The translations under genes and the position numbers were made by a program. The notes under the pieces are model-generated. The model had not been told where the DNA came from. It worked only from the letters and a program-made list of their open reading frames with translations, and did no database searches. Below, piece after piece: positions 24,557 through 37,769 of a stretch of 64,000 nucleotides of DNA (position 1 is its first letter; each line of letters begins with the position of its first letter). This DNA comes from Adineta vaga (lineage: Eukaryota > Animalia > Rotifera): assembly GCA_021613535.1 (NCBI GenBank), contig CP075492.1:3844001-3908000 (forward strand). Reading direction: 5' to 3'.

Positions 24557-25069
24557 TCATAGGAATAACAATCATCAGAATACCAATACCCGAAAAAATT
24601 ATGGGACCTAGTCGATAATCAGCTTTCCATATAACAGATGTTACAAGTGTTTTTTGATACCAGCAGGTATCAACTGAGCCTTTCTAAAGAGAATAGAAAA
24701 CAATTTTCATCGTTCAGACAATGTCCATATCCAATTACATACATGTCTATTATGACTTTGCTTCGATTCATCTTCAGCATAAATCCAACTTGTGATATGT
24801 GAACCATTAAAAATTTTATAGGTAACGTTAAATTGTTCATTATAACATTTCGATAATCTTCCACATCGAGTCGTACAAAATGAATATTGTTTAACATAAC
24901 ATTTAGTCATCTCTGTATGAAGATTCTTTATACGATAATATTTCGCAACCTCCCATATTCCAAGGCATATTAAAAATACACCCATAGTTATGCAAGTAAT
25001 GAACTTAACATAGAAGTGAAAAGCATCGTTCTTTTTCTCAAATAATGAGGAATACTTTGTTGTTCGCAT
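24557..25069 (-). CDS. Two-TM protein with Cys-containing extracellular loop (BK-channel beta-subunit-like topology)
   Basis: TM1 is FITCITMGVFLICLGIW. The loop contains CYVKQYSFCTTRCGRLSKC. After one intron comes CWYQK...GPIIFSGIGILMIVFL*. Confidence 0.5.
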
Positions 25070-26659
25070 TATACTGGAAACAATTGTGTGAAGAGAAAAA
25101 AGTAAGCTGACTCTTTATATAAGATGCGAGATGATTGACGCAAATTTGAAGTCACAAGTATATGCCGCAAGCATCCTTATCATATGTAAATAATTCAAGA
25201 ACCTAAATCACGTATATATGACTCAATATGCATCTTTTGCGTATATAGAAGGATGAGTTATCATGACAGCAAAGATCATGACAAATTAAATCAAAATGAT
25301 GGAACCTACATCACTTCTAAGACTTTAGAGTCAGTCATAACCATGTTCATAAAGCGTTATGTTAAAAACCACGACTTGGCATTTCACCGTTGATTTGTTG
25401 AAGAAAAAGTAGAGCACTTCACTTTAGTCATCGAAATAATAAGTAATACTTACAAGAGAGTGAAATTCAAGAAGACGGGTTCTTTTTTAACCTCCAAATA
25501 GTGAGCACTAACAGGAGATGGATAGGAATGATTTTCAATACTTGGAATGGCATTCTTTCATTTGCAGCTTCTCGTGCACATAATACAGTACAAACAGAAC
25601 TCATATGGAAGATGTCATAAGAAACAGTTTGAACATCAGACTTCGATAAACCCCAACTCCAATTAGAACAATCAAGAATATTTTCATTTGAAAACAAGCA
25701 CTTGTTCTGACTGTTTTGTTTTTTCTTATTTTTCTTGTAATCATTTCAGAATCGTCGTTTATTTTTTCTCGTCAGACAGAAATTGTTATTAATAATTGAT
25801 AATAAACATTCAAGCAAATAAACTGATTGAATTGAGTGATTTTAATCAATTGATACCGAATGTCTCATTTAACAGCCAACATTTAGAAATTCTGGAGAGA
25901 AATATCGTACTACCCCGTTATAAAAAGCAAAAATGTTAAGAGTTGTATGTACAAAAATCAAACTATTGTAGAAATCAATATTGCTTTGATTATATTCCAT
26001 CTAAAAAATATTTGAGCTTCTCAACAACGATCAAGTAACACTGTAATGACACACGACATCATATTAAACGCATAGACCACAAATTCTTGTGCGTTGGTTG
26101 CAAATCGGAAAGATAATGAAATCATCATATTGCACTGGAAGTGTCTGTTCTTCATCTACGATTGTCACAATATTCTCATAGACATATTTTAACACGATCT
26201 AAAACTATAAATATAGGAAAGTTTAAGGATTTATTGTTTGACATGAATTATGAGATGTATTTTATCAGATATAGTCCCAAGACGAAAATTCATGTTGATA
26301 TTTCTACTGGTGACGCTATATGCCAATTGGAAAGTATTTGATCGATAATAGACCCTCAAGTATAAGAAATGAACGCATAATTGCAGTTATCCTTGATATT
26401 TTCTCTTAATTGATTTCTCGTAATCGAGACAGTATTGCAGTAGAATAAGCCTTTCTTATTCCTTCAAATGCAATATGTCGCATTGACTATTGAAAAAAAG
26501 TGTCTTTACAAAAATGCCCATCGGTTATTTCTTTCCTCTCCGTTCAATCCAATCCGACCGAATCTGTCGGATTGTTTAGTTATGGAATTAATAGCATTAC
26601 GAAGGCAATAATCTCTAATCATCTCTCTATGCAAAATGATCATACTTGTTTCTTTTGAT

Positions 26660-26925
26660 TGGTATCAAATCTTTGACATCAGATAGATACAGTTAAATAT
26701 AAAGGACTTTCAATATATGAACTACAGATTGGATTTAGTATACCGATAAACAGGGGTCAAAATGACAAGGCTGAAGAGACGCAGGAAATACTACTTGATC
26801 AAACAACGAAAGAGAACGAAAAGGCATCAATTTATGGTCATAGCTTGGTGAAATCAAACGCAATCGAGGAAAATATCGAGAGGCAATCCGATTGTATCAG
26901 AAAGCAATTGATACTGAAGAAAAAA
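26660..26925 (+). pseudogene. Remnant of a TPR (ART-TPR-type) gene
   Basis: Frameshifted pieces LTSD, YRLDLVYR*, GQNDKAEETQEILLDQTTKENEKASIY and LGEIKRNRGKYREAIRLYQKAIDTEEK resemble the first TPR unit of this family. Confidence 0.55.
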
Positions 26926-27493
26926 TGTTCCTCTCTATATACTTTTAAACTTAGTTAAGTGCATGTAAATGATATATTATTCTTTCAGCTTTATATTCTT
27001 ATTGACAAATATTCATTTAAATGGTAGATTGATAAGATTATAATAATGAAGATATAATTCGATTTGAATGTTCAGTTTTCAAAATCAAATGACTGATGCA
27101 TTGTTCTTTTATTAGACCTTTTTTTCAAAAAGAATAGTTATAGAAATGGTGTCTATGAATATTATTTCCACTTCTATAATGACAAAGTTCAACTCATCGT
27201 ATGTCGGAACTTTGAAAGTATTTGTGATGCAAAAAATACTATATAATAACAATGTATTACGCGATATACGAAACGAGTTGCTACACGACACAAACAAAAC
27301 AATATCCCTGACGACATTCTTACCTTGTCAATTTTTCTTTCTTTTCTTAGAAATAAAATAAAGTCGTTTAACACGTGAGCGAGAACTCATTTCATTTTCC
27401 TTTTCTCTATGATACATTAGCAACCATCTTAAAACATGTCTTCTAAAAATTGTCACAAATAACGAACATTCTCATTCTTTTTTTTTTGCAAAG

Positions 27494-30400
27494 ATGTCTA
27501 CCGAAGAACAAGTACAAAAATCATGGGATGATTTAATCAAAGCTCGTCTTGGACAAAAAGAATATCAATCACGAACATGTAAAATTTACAATAATCAAGC
27601 AACAAATTCTTCCAAAAATCCAGACGCGATATGTGTATGTGGTCGTTTGGTTCGTCGTCATAGTTTTACTGGTGAAAGTCATCAATCAAAAGCAGCAAAG
27701 GATCATAATACTGAATGGACTCCTCCAGATATATTCGGTGATTTAGTTCATAGTATTAAAGTTCCAATAAATGTATTCGGAAAAATACAATCAACTGATT
27801 GTAAATTCGTTCGAATTGATAGTCGAACAAAAATGAAAGATATTTATACTTTACTTGTTGATGATTGTGGAGGATATAAACCAAGTCTTATTTTAAGTGT
27901 TTATGGCGGTGCAAAATATTTCACGATGATTGAACGATTAGAAAAAGAAATTATACGAGGTATTGTCGATGCAGCGAGTGCAACAGGTAAATTACGAAAT
28001 AATATGAATGATAAATTTTCTATTAAGAAATCTTTCGTTTGTCTATAGATACTTGGATTTTAACTGCTGGAGTTAGTAATGGTGTATCGAAATTAATTGG
28101 TGAAGGTATATCACATTATCGTTTGTTAAGAGAATATCCAAGTCGAGTGAAATGTATTGGAATGACAATGTGGGGAACGGTGAATGATAGTAATCGATTC
28201 GAATTAAAACATTCAACAAATGTAAATCTGAATTGTAGAGTATAGTTTATAATAAATAATTTCATTTATTGTAGAGTTATCCAAGAGAATCAATTTATCG
28301 ACAAATTCCAGATAGTATTCAAGAAGATAAAGAGACAATGGAACGAAATCATACACATTGTATTCTTTTCGATGATGCACGATTATATGGCTATCTTGCT
28401 GATGGACATCGTCATTCTTTAGTTACTCATGCTTGTAAAAACGAAGATAATCATACATGTAGGAAACGAAAATTGATATCATTTCTTATTTTAACTAAAA
28501 AATATTCTAAGGTTATGGTGTAACAATCATTGTTGAAGGTGGTATCAATACTCTTGAAGTAATTAAAAATGATATTGAAGAACATCGACCAATTGTTCTC
28601 ATTCAAGTTTGTTGATTTATATTATGAAATTGTATTTATATTTTGTATCTTAATAGAGTAGCGGTCGTATAGCTGATGTTCTTGTAACATTAATTGAACA
28701 AGATTCCAATATTGAAGATAATGAGAAATGGTAAGTTAGATGAAGTTTAGTAAGATTTTTAACTATTCTTTTGCATAGGACTTTAACTGATGAAGATATA
28801 AAAAAAGTAATCGAATATTTTCTTCCAAATTTTCCTGCAAGTGATATGGACTTCACAATCAAACGAATTAAAGAAATTTTACAAAAACAAAATCGTTATT
28901 TACTCAATATTTTCTCGTTGGATCGAGATAATAATGTTACTGAAACGATATTCAAAGCTATTTTCGGTAATGATAGAAAAACAGAATGTTAATTTATTGA
29001 AATATGATTCTTTAGCAAAAATTAAGGGCAATAATACACCTACAGAGAAACAATTGACTCAAAATGATGAAGATCGATTGATCGATCTTGCTTTAGAATG
29101 GAATTATTTTGATGGTATTTTACCAATATTAAAATCACGTGAAAGTGATAAACTTCGAATAGATCGAAAGCCTCTTGAAGTATATCGAAACAAGTAGTAG
29201 TTCACTTCGATTTTCTATTGTTCATTTTAGAATGATTTAAAACGTGAAAAAGACATATTTAAACGATCGATTGAAAAGAATCGTCCAGTATTTATTGAAT
29301 ATTTCTTAGCTGCAAGTGTTGATCCACTAATTCTTATCGAATCAGAAAATATAGCAGAACGTCATAGAATTATTTCAAATTTATATAAAGTTTGTTACAA
29401 TGAAATGGAGAAAGTATGTTTTTCAATCAATTTTTTTGTTTTATAGAAAAAAAAAGAAAACGAATCTTTATTAAGAATCATAAAAAATGTGTAACATCTT
29501 TGTTTGGTGAAACCTCGGCAAATACTGTTGAAAAATTAGATGAACGATTAACAAAATTTCTTGGCTCATTTATTGGACCTATTTATACTGGTGAAAGGGA
29601 TAGTATTCGAAAACGTGTCTCGATTGATATGAAAAGATATCTACGTACTTGTTGTAATCTTCGACAATCTGACGATGGTACTCAACTGTCGAAAGAATAT
29701 CAATCTCGATATACAAAAGATCAATTAATACGTGATCTTTTCTTTCTTTCAATCTTTATGGATATGACTGAAATGGCCAAGACTCTTCTTATTCATATTC
29801 CATCTCGAATTTCGGCGGCATTAATAGCGTCTGCCATATTCAAAAGTTATGCAAAATCATCAACAACTGTTTATCTCAAACATAAATTCGAAGATCAAGC
29901 TTTGGAATTTGAAACTTATGCAGCTTTATTTATCAATAAATGTTATGAATATAATGAACGAATTGCTTGTGAATTACTTTTACGAGAAATTCCACTTTTT
30001 GGTGATGTCTCATGTATGCAGGTGAGTTATTTATATCTAAAGATCACACGAGAAGACGACTTTATTATTTTCAGGTAGCAATTTCAAGTGAAAGTGCAAA
30101 AATACTTGAAACAGCATGTTTTGATCAAACATTGCATGAAGTATGGTATAATAAATTATCGATCATCAATCAGCAAGCATCGAAAAAGCTGTTGCAATTT
30201 GTGGCTTTCCTATCACTTGGTTTTCTAGCACCAATAATCATCACCTATCGAGATCATGAACTAGTAAGAAGATACTTTCTTATATACGGAATAACGAATA
30301 TATTGTATTTTTTTTTCTAGGAAGTACAAGATAGATCGTAAGTACCAAGAATAGGTTTATCATAAAATGAAACTATTTTGTGAATAGTTTATCATCAGAT

Positions 30401-32404
30401 GGTATTAATTATTATACGGAAAAAGAACTATATACAGGTCGAACATGGAATAAATATTGGTTACGTTTTAAATATTTTCATCAGAGTCCAATGATAAAAA
30501 TGTGTTATCATTTTGTAAGTTAATATTCATATCGATTCATCAATAAATTATTTATTATTTAGGCAAGTTATATCTTCTTTCTATTGGTCTTTAGTTATAT
30601 GATGCTTTATCATTTGGATCGTCGTGATACATTTGATATTCCACATTGGACTGAAATTTATGTTATTATTACAGTTTCAACAATGTTCTGTGAAGAAGTT
30701 CGAAGAGTAAGATTGTTTTTCTTTATTTATCTTTTGTTTATTCGTTCTTTTATTTTTAGTTATTTCATGAATATAAGACACGGATGACTGAACGATGGGA
30801 TCCAACAGGATCGATGCTTTTGACGTTATTTTCAATTTTATTCTATATAGCACCTTATTTCTTGTTTTATTTGGGTTTAATATTTCGTTATCGAAGTTAC
30901 GATGAAGGTTTGCTTACTACAGCAAGGTAAGATTTCTAATAGACTTATTCGTTATTTTAAATCGAAGCATTTTAGAATTATATGGGCATTTGATTTGGAA
31001 TTATGGTATCTTCGTTCGTTGAAATTTATCATGGCTTTGAAATCTATTGGACCGAAATTGTTTATGTTGAAAAATATGGTTTGTTTTTCGTTGAAATTTG
31101 TCATCAATTGATTATTTTTGATTTAGCTTAAAGATCTATTTGCATTTGTCTATATGATCTTTATTGCAATAGCTGCGTATGGTGTTGTATCACGTGCAAT
31201 GATTCTTTACAAACAAGTTCCATTTACTTTGCATTCTATTTTTAAAGAAATCTTCTATGAACCATATTGGTTTATCTATGGAGAAGTATCGGATAAAGAA
31301 TTACTTGATAGTAAAGAATAGAATGAGTATAAATTATTTTATATTGATCAATTCATTGTTGTTTAGATAAAATTGCTACTGATGAAAATTCATCGGCAGC
31401 AGAAGCAACTGCTACTCATGTACTCTTAGCATTTCATATGTTATTTATCAATATTCTTATTCTTAATCTATTAATTGCTGTGTTTACGTAAGATTGTATA
31501 TTGTTCATCAAATTGAATAATAACTTTTTCAATAAATTTAAGACGTACAATTGATCAAATTCAAGATAATACAGAATTCTACTGGCGTTATCAACGTTAT
31601 TCATTTGTTCGAGAATATTTTGAACGTCCACCACTTGCATATCCACCGTTGATTGTTTTTACTCATATTATCTTTCTCTGCCGTAGTCTTCGTCGGAAAT
31701 GTTGTCCAAAATTATGTCGTAACGAAGTTGGCAATGAAAATGCCAAATCTAAATTAAATATATTAACATCGATTTTTAGTAATTAGAAAAATTATTTCGA
31801 AAGAAAATGTGAGCATGTATGATTGTCGATTTTTTTAGAAATCATTCCTGTTGAAAAATCTCATTTGAATGAACAATGGAATGTGTTTGAAAATGCAGCA
31901 ACACATAGTTTTGCTCGTTCGATTATTGAAAAGAATAAAAAGAAAGGATATTTATCAGTTGATGATGATCATTCGAAAAGAAACTTAAAAACGAATGGTT
32001 TGAATGGAAATAATCAATCAGTTGCAGATGAACAACAAACAATTGTTAATTTACAAGAAGAAATCACAGTATTAAAATCAGTTCTTGCAAATACTCAGAA
32101 AACGATTGAAGAAGTATGAAATTCTTTGGTCTAGTTTTTAATCGAACTATAAATTCATTTTTTTAGAACAATTCACGAATGGAAAAACAGGCATATGATG
32201 TAAGTCGAGTTCATTTTTCTTTTTGATTTATTGAAAGGAAAATATATCTTAAAGGTGAACAAATCGCTTGATTGGATAATGCAAGCTGTTGCACGAGTGA
32301 AAATGAATGATCCGAATAAACCACCAGTCTTAGTGAATCTTGAACTACCATCGATTCAACGTCGATTTTCTTTAGTTAGTCAATCAGGTACAAATCTTGA
32401 TTAG
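27494..32404 (+). CDS. TRPM: TRPM-like cation channel (MHR/SLOG N-terminus, TM domain, TRP helix, coiled coil; ~20 exons)
   Basis: Motifs include CVCGRLVRRH, PSLILSVYGGAKYF, WILTAGVSNGVSKLIGEG, ERNHTHCILFDD, IVEGG, ALEWN, IGPKLFMLKNM, pore PYWFIYGE, LILNLLIAVF and TRP box FYWRYQRY. The stop TAG is at 32402-32404. Confidence 0.9.
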
Positions 32405-32751
32405 GAATTCTTTTTGTATATATATATATATGAAAATACATTCATTTTATTTTCACGACAATAAACTGGTGACCTCTGTGAAATGATACATTTCCTTGTA
32501 CTGTGGAACGATTTTAACACTTGAGCAAATCGATAGTTCGGATTTCTATACTTTGCTTTTACACAAAAATTCTGTCTGTACGAGTGCTGTTTGATTAACT
32601 CAATTTATTTAGTTACTATCGTTTTAATTGTCATTGGTAGCCGACATATATTCAGTTAAGTATTCTTATTGTCGAAAATAAAAACCGAAAAGAAAAGAAG
32701 AACGCATCAAATAACATATTTTTACTAAGTGGCCTATTTTGTGACCATTAA

Positions 32752-33633
32752 ATGACGAATATAACATTGAGACATTTGAATGATGATACTTCTTGGTTAA
32801 TTGCCTTTAATGATTTTAAAATCTTACTTGATCCATGGTTCATTGGATCTCAAACTGACTATTTTAGTTATTTTTCTACTCAAGAACATGCGACTCCATC
32901 ATCTATTCAAGACATCCAGCGTGATCTCGGCATGAATATTGATGCAATCGTTATTTCTCATGAATTTACCGATCATTGTCATGAACAAACTCTTCGATCT
33001 CTTTCTTCAACTATTCCCATATTTGCTACAAGTAATGCTGCAAAACGTATCCGACGATGGAATCATTTTCAACATGTTTATAACATTCCCACATTGAACG
33101 ATCGACCAGAGAATTTCACAATTCGAACTTTAAGTAATCAACAAGTGCAAACAGATACAATCAGTGTTGGATATATACCAGAAAAGAAAATTTTCTCTTT
33201 ACCATCACTACACGGTGCAACATGCATATCATTTCTTGTCAATAATCAACAATGGCATAGTTTATTGTATATTCCACATGGTTGCGAACAAAGTTCAATT
33301 TGTGAATGGGTAAATAAACAAACAAATGTAAAAATATGCGTACTTTTACAAGGATTTGATCGAGTTTTTAATCCCATATGGCTTGGTGGTTTACTTAACT
33401 ATGGATGTCATCAAGCCGCTCAACTTGCAATAGCGATCAAAGCAAAATATTGGCTTAATACTCATGATGAAAACAAGATAGCTCGTGGATTGGTTTCAAA
33501 ATTTCTCAAACGAGATAATCATACAATTGCAAATGCCAAGATTGAATTAGATAAATATAAAACTCAAACAATAATACCGCAGATTCATTGTGTTGCAAAC
33601 GGAGATTCTTTTGTCATAGATTTAACCGAATAA
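32752..33633 (+). CDS. Metallo-beta-lactamase-fold hydrolase (intronless, microbial type)
   Basis: ILLDPWFIG, ISHEFTDHCHEQTL (variant of HxHxDH), PHG and THDE motifs. Confidence 0.82.
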   Translation: MTNITLRHLNDDTSWLIAFNDFKILLDPWFIGSQTDYFSYFSTQEHATPSSIQDIQRDLGMNIDAIVISHEFTDHCHEQTLRSLSSTIPIFATSNAAKRIRRWNHFQHVYNIPTLNDRPENFTIRTLSNQQVQTDTISVGYIPEKKIFSLPSLHGATCISFLVNNQQWHSLLYIPHGCEQSSICEWVNKQTNVKICVLLQGFDRVFNPIWLGGLLNYGCHQAAQLAIAIKAKYWLNTHDENKIARGLVSKFLKRDNHTIANAKIELDKYKTQTIIPQIHCVANGDSFVIDLTE

Positions 33634-33771
33634 AACAAATACTTAGATTCGTTTTCTTGAGAAAGTTAACAGCACAGAAAAAAACTCAAATCATTGTGTT
33701 CATAATCTGCTTTTTATTAGAAACAAAAAAACATCGTGTTCTTCCTTTTTCAATGATAATTAGAACAATCA

Positions 33772-34614
33772 TCAAGCGCTACTATTATGCATATGACCAA
33801 CAATCCATTCCGATAGAGCTTCTGGATTTCGGGTCTAAATATTTTACAACAAGAAAATTGAATTAAAGCTCAAATTTATTCTCACCTGAATATAAATTAT
33901 TCCAGGGCCAGTAAATCGACAAACAAGACCTTCACCAGAATGCATTCCAGCTGACATACTTCCACCAGCACGTTCAATTGCATACGGACAATTCCAAGCA
34001 ACTAAATGACCATTATCAACAATTAATTGTTCGTTTGCTTTTAATTGACGTTGAAGAATTGCACCAAGTGATGTAACAAAAACTACTCCTCGACCAGTAA
34101 ATTGTTGTACAAATAAACCTTCACCAGAAAATAATGCCTTACTTAAACCTTGAGATTTAGTTTCTTTTGTGACGCCATCAGACATGGCGAGGAATCCTCC
34201 TCGACCAACTGTCCAACGTGTATTTCCATCTAAATGAATTGCCATTATATCACCCCTACATAACGATAAACAGTAGATTAGACAAGAAAACAATACTTTT
34301 CCAGAATTATCAACTTACCAAACCGGTGGTGCTAATAAAATTTCTCCAGGACCCGTGTAAGTTGATTGAGCCATTTCTCCACCAGCAATCATTTTTTTAA
34401 AAGAAAATTTTAATTTTCCTTTTAATTTAATATCTGGAGTCATGGTTACCATTGCACCTGGTTGAGTAAAGACTTGTGAATTTGGTAATAAAGTCATGGA
34501 AAGAATTGCATTAGTATCTCGATGACTGATATTAAAAAAACCTCCGGGAAATTCACCAGTTATATCAGCTAAACTACCGAGTGGAGCTTGTTGAGGAGGA
34601 GCAGCAAACGCCAT
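33772..34614 (-). CDS. AIM24: AIM24/TIGR00266 family protein (3 exons)
   Basis: Motifs ISHRDTN, QPGAMV, GPGEILLAP, LFSGEGLFV, GRGVVFVTSLGA, IVDNGHLVAW and SGEGLVCRFTGPG..IQTRNP. Confidence 0.88.
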
Positions 34615-35163
34615 TTATTATCTTGTTTTCGTCAATGTAATAAATGAAACGTCGATTGATACGATTATAAATCATATCTCAAGGTTATTTGATGCATGAA
34701 AGAAGGATTGATGAATAAACAAATGATACACGTTGTATATACCAAAAACGGAGAGAAAAAAACAATCGAATATAAAAAGCAAATATATTTTCCATATTTA
34801 GTTTATTGAAATTAAAAATTTATTGATGACTTTCTAGAGATAAGAGAATCTACTGCATCATTAACACATGCATATCTTTTATGCTCGTCGCATTAGTTAG
34901 ACAATTATGGTTGAATGACTTAATATCTAAATGTTTTGTCTTCCATATTTTTAAGTTAGTCATTTTATAACGTTGTAAAACAAAACTAGATGTGACAGCT
35001 TTCCAGAATTAGTAATGATATCTTAATTGATACTAGGTAATGGACTTTTATACTAGAGACAATTCACATAGAATGAACAGAAGAAAAACATCATAGATAA
35101 TTATTTTGAGAAAGACACACAAAATACGTTTACTTTGCTGGAAATTAAAACAGCGATTAAATA

Positions 35164-35236
35164 ATGGTGGTTTCTACAACAACTTCAGTAATTATCGCTC
35201 GTCAAATTCGTATCTAAGGAGGTTTCATATTGATAC
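35164..35236 (+). pseudogene. 5' fragment paralogous to the GPCR at 37770
   Basis: MVVSTTTSVIIARQIRI*GGFILI aligns with MSISTIDLVIVARQILIYGGLILI. The nucleotide match gctcgtcaaattc.tatcta.ggaggttt is clear. Confidence 0.65.
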
Positions 35237-35749
35237 CAAGAGTTTATCGACTTGGAAGATAACCTGTCGTGGGAGAATTACGACGGTATCGTATAGGAAG
35301 GATCGAGATTTATTTCTACGTTGTCATGCTCTCCTCGCGTAAAAGCAAACGAAAAACATCTGAGGATTTAGCTCAATAGAATGAGAAAACGAAAGTAGCT
35401 GCCTTCCGATTGACACAAACAATTGAATCTGAAGTAAAAAAGGTTGACCTTAATTACATGAATAATATCTACTTTATCAGTGAAATGCATTCAAGAATGT
35501 TCCCTAACTGGTGTCAAATGAAGTTATTCTAGATAAAAGTGTTTGTATTTCTTGAATATACACAAAACGGACAGAAAGAATTGAGCAAAGCCTAGTAGTT
35601 ATGCAAGCGATTTATGTGTATATGTTATAGGAAAACAAATCAAAGAAAATAAAGAAACATCTTTGACAATATTTCTATTATAAAGATATGTGAAACTGAA
35701 TAAAATAGAAATAAATTATATTAAGAGAAGTAAAATCGAAGCAAATGTC

Positions 35750-37200
35750 AATGTTTATTTTGTGTCCGATGATAATACTGCGGAATCGAGTGTTAATGTA
35801 GATGGTATAACTACATTGTTTCGCTTATGCATCAATTGAAATATCATATGAATACAAATCATTCTAATTTTCAACAAATGTTCGAAATGTTACACCTTGT
35901 TCATATTGACTTTTTCTTAGATCCATTTAATTTCTTCACTTGTCCATATAATGTAGAATATTCGATTTGATTATACTAAGACATGTTTCATCATAGAAAC
36001 ATTCTGTTGTTGATAGTACTAAAGAATCAACCATATAACAAATTTCATACAAACCTGATAAGTATGTCCAATCTTCGGTTTCATTAATTAAAAAAATCCT
36101 GATATGAATATACTCGAACATATTTCATGATATATTGGATTAAAATGAATAAATTTTGAATAGAGAATAGAGATTTGTGAACATGGACATTGAGGATCAT
36201 CAATTGTTGTATTTGTTAATTCTTCAAATTGATTTCGAGTTATGGATTAGAAACAAACAAGCATATCAATCATACAATAATATAAACTTTGGTTGATAAG
36301 ATTTCATTTTTTTGATCATGTTCATCAGTAGAATGACTATCGAATGCAATATAGATCGTAATAGCATATTGATATTGATATCTCGCTGTTTCTTTTTCTT
36401 TCGAATCAATGTTCCAATCATTGTAATTATAAACATTAAAACAACTCGAAGACTACCATATAAACTAATTAATTCAATTAAAACATACATAAGACCATTA
36501 TTTATCATACCTGTGTATTAACAATAAAATGGTTGACATATTGATTATAATATTTTTCATAAGATTTACTTTGTTTCCATTGTTGTATTTTGTATCGTTT
36601 GTGATCGATTGAGTGGTAAACATGAATGCATAGAAGTTATTGATGAATAATTTATATAAGATCCAATTAGATCCAGGAAAATCATAAACATTTATAAAAA
36701 TCCATAGATTCCTTCAGGTAAGTGACATATTGCCTCTTCTGTACAATAAAACTCAAAATATTTTCCATTTCTTGATACTTCGTAGTAATAAATATTGTTA
36801 ATATAGAAATTTGCATGACAAATTCTCATGTTGAACGTAAGTCTATAGCAGAAAATAATTCCACGAATACATCAGCTTGAATATCAAATATCATTGTAGA
36901 CATAAGATTCATTTGTAATTATTTTAAATGAATAAAATTCTTCTAAACTATCATTTAATGTTTGTGGAGCTTGTTGACATAATGTTCGATTTGAAATATC
37001 TTGTTTGAAGAATTTGATTTGTAATTCTTTATATTGTGATCAAATGATGGTCGAGATATATAGAGTTATGACATTTGTATGGTATCCAATGATGTATATA
37101 TTTTACTTGTTGACTATAATTCAAAGAGCGTGAAGTAACTTAGAGAAAAGTTTTTCTACTCTTTTATATTTAATTTTCAATCAAACAATTATAAACAATC
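35750..37200 (-). pseudogene. Decayed large Cys-rich membrane protein (CPCSxISI / STxECFY family)
   Basis: Fragments QCPCSQISILYSKFIHFNPIYHEI, CYMVDSLVLSTTECFYDETCL, LCQQAPQTLND and LISLYGSLRVVLMFI occur with many stops, frameshifts and deletions. Confidence 0.6.
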
Positions 37201-37769
37201 TGTTTTTTAGAGAGAAAAACATGTTACTCTATTATACTTTCAAATACAATTTAAATAACTTTTGTAGACTTTGTAATCAGTAAATAGATAGTTCTTTTTT
37301 TTTCAATTATTAACAAGACAATATATTTTTATTTCTTTCAGTAGTTGAAATAAAGGAAAGACGTCATTACAATCGTCTGTCGGACAAAGAAGATAATTTC
37401 AAATGTTTTTAACCATCATGATAACCGGCACGTCAGACTGATAGAATTCATTTGTAAGGAAAAAGTCTGAAACTAAAGTAATTCCTTTTTTTTTGCTTCA
37501 ACGTAATGACTATACTCACAAATTATAAATCAAAAACATAATCCATTTCATTGAAAGACGTTTCGCTTTTAGCAGAAAAGATTATTTTATCATGATTTCT
37601 AAAAGAAACGTTCTTGATGAATATGACAGATTCATAGTATTTTTTATTAATCAAATTTTGAAAAGAAGAATTAAGAACAAAATATTCTTATTTTCTTTCT
37701 ATTTTGGTTGATTCCTAGAACAAAAAAGCTATATAAAGCACTTGCTAAGCAACATTTCTTTACACAAGT

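Noticed and set aside
25450-26520. Possible transporter-like relic on the minus strand
   Set aside because: Only vague hydrophobic fragments with stops, too weak without BLASTx.
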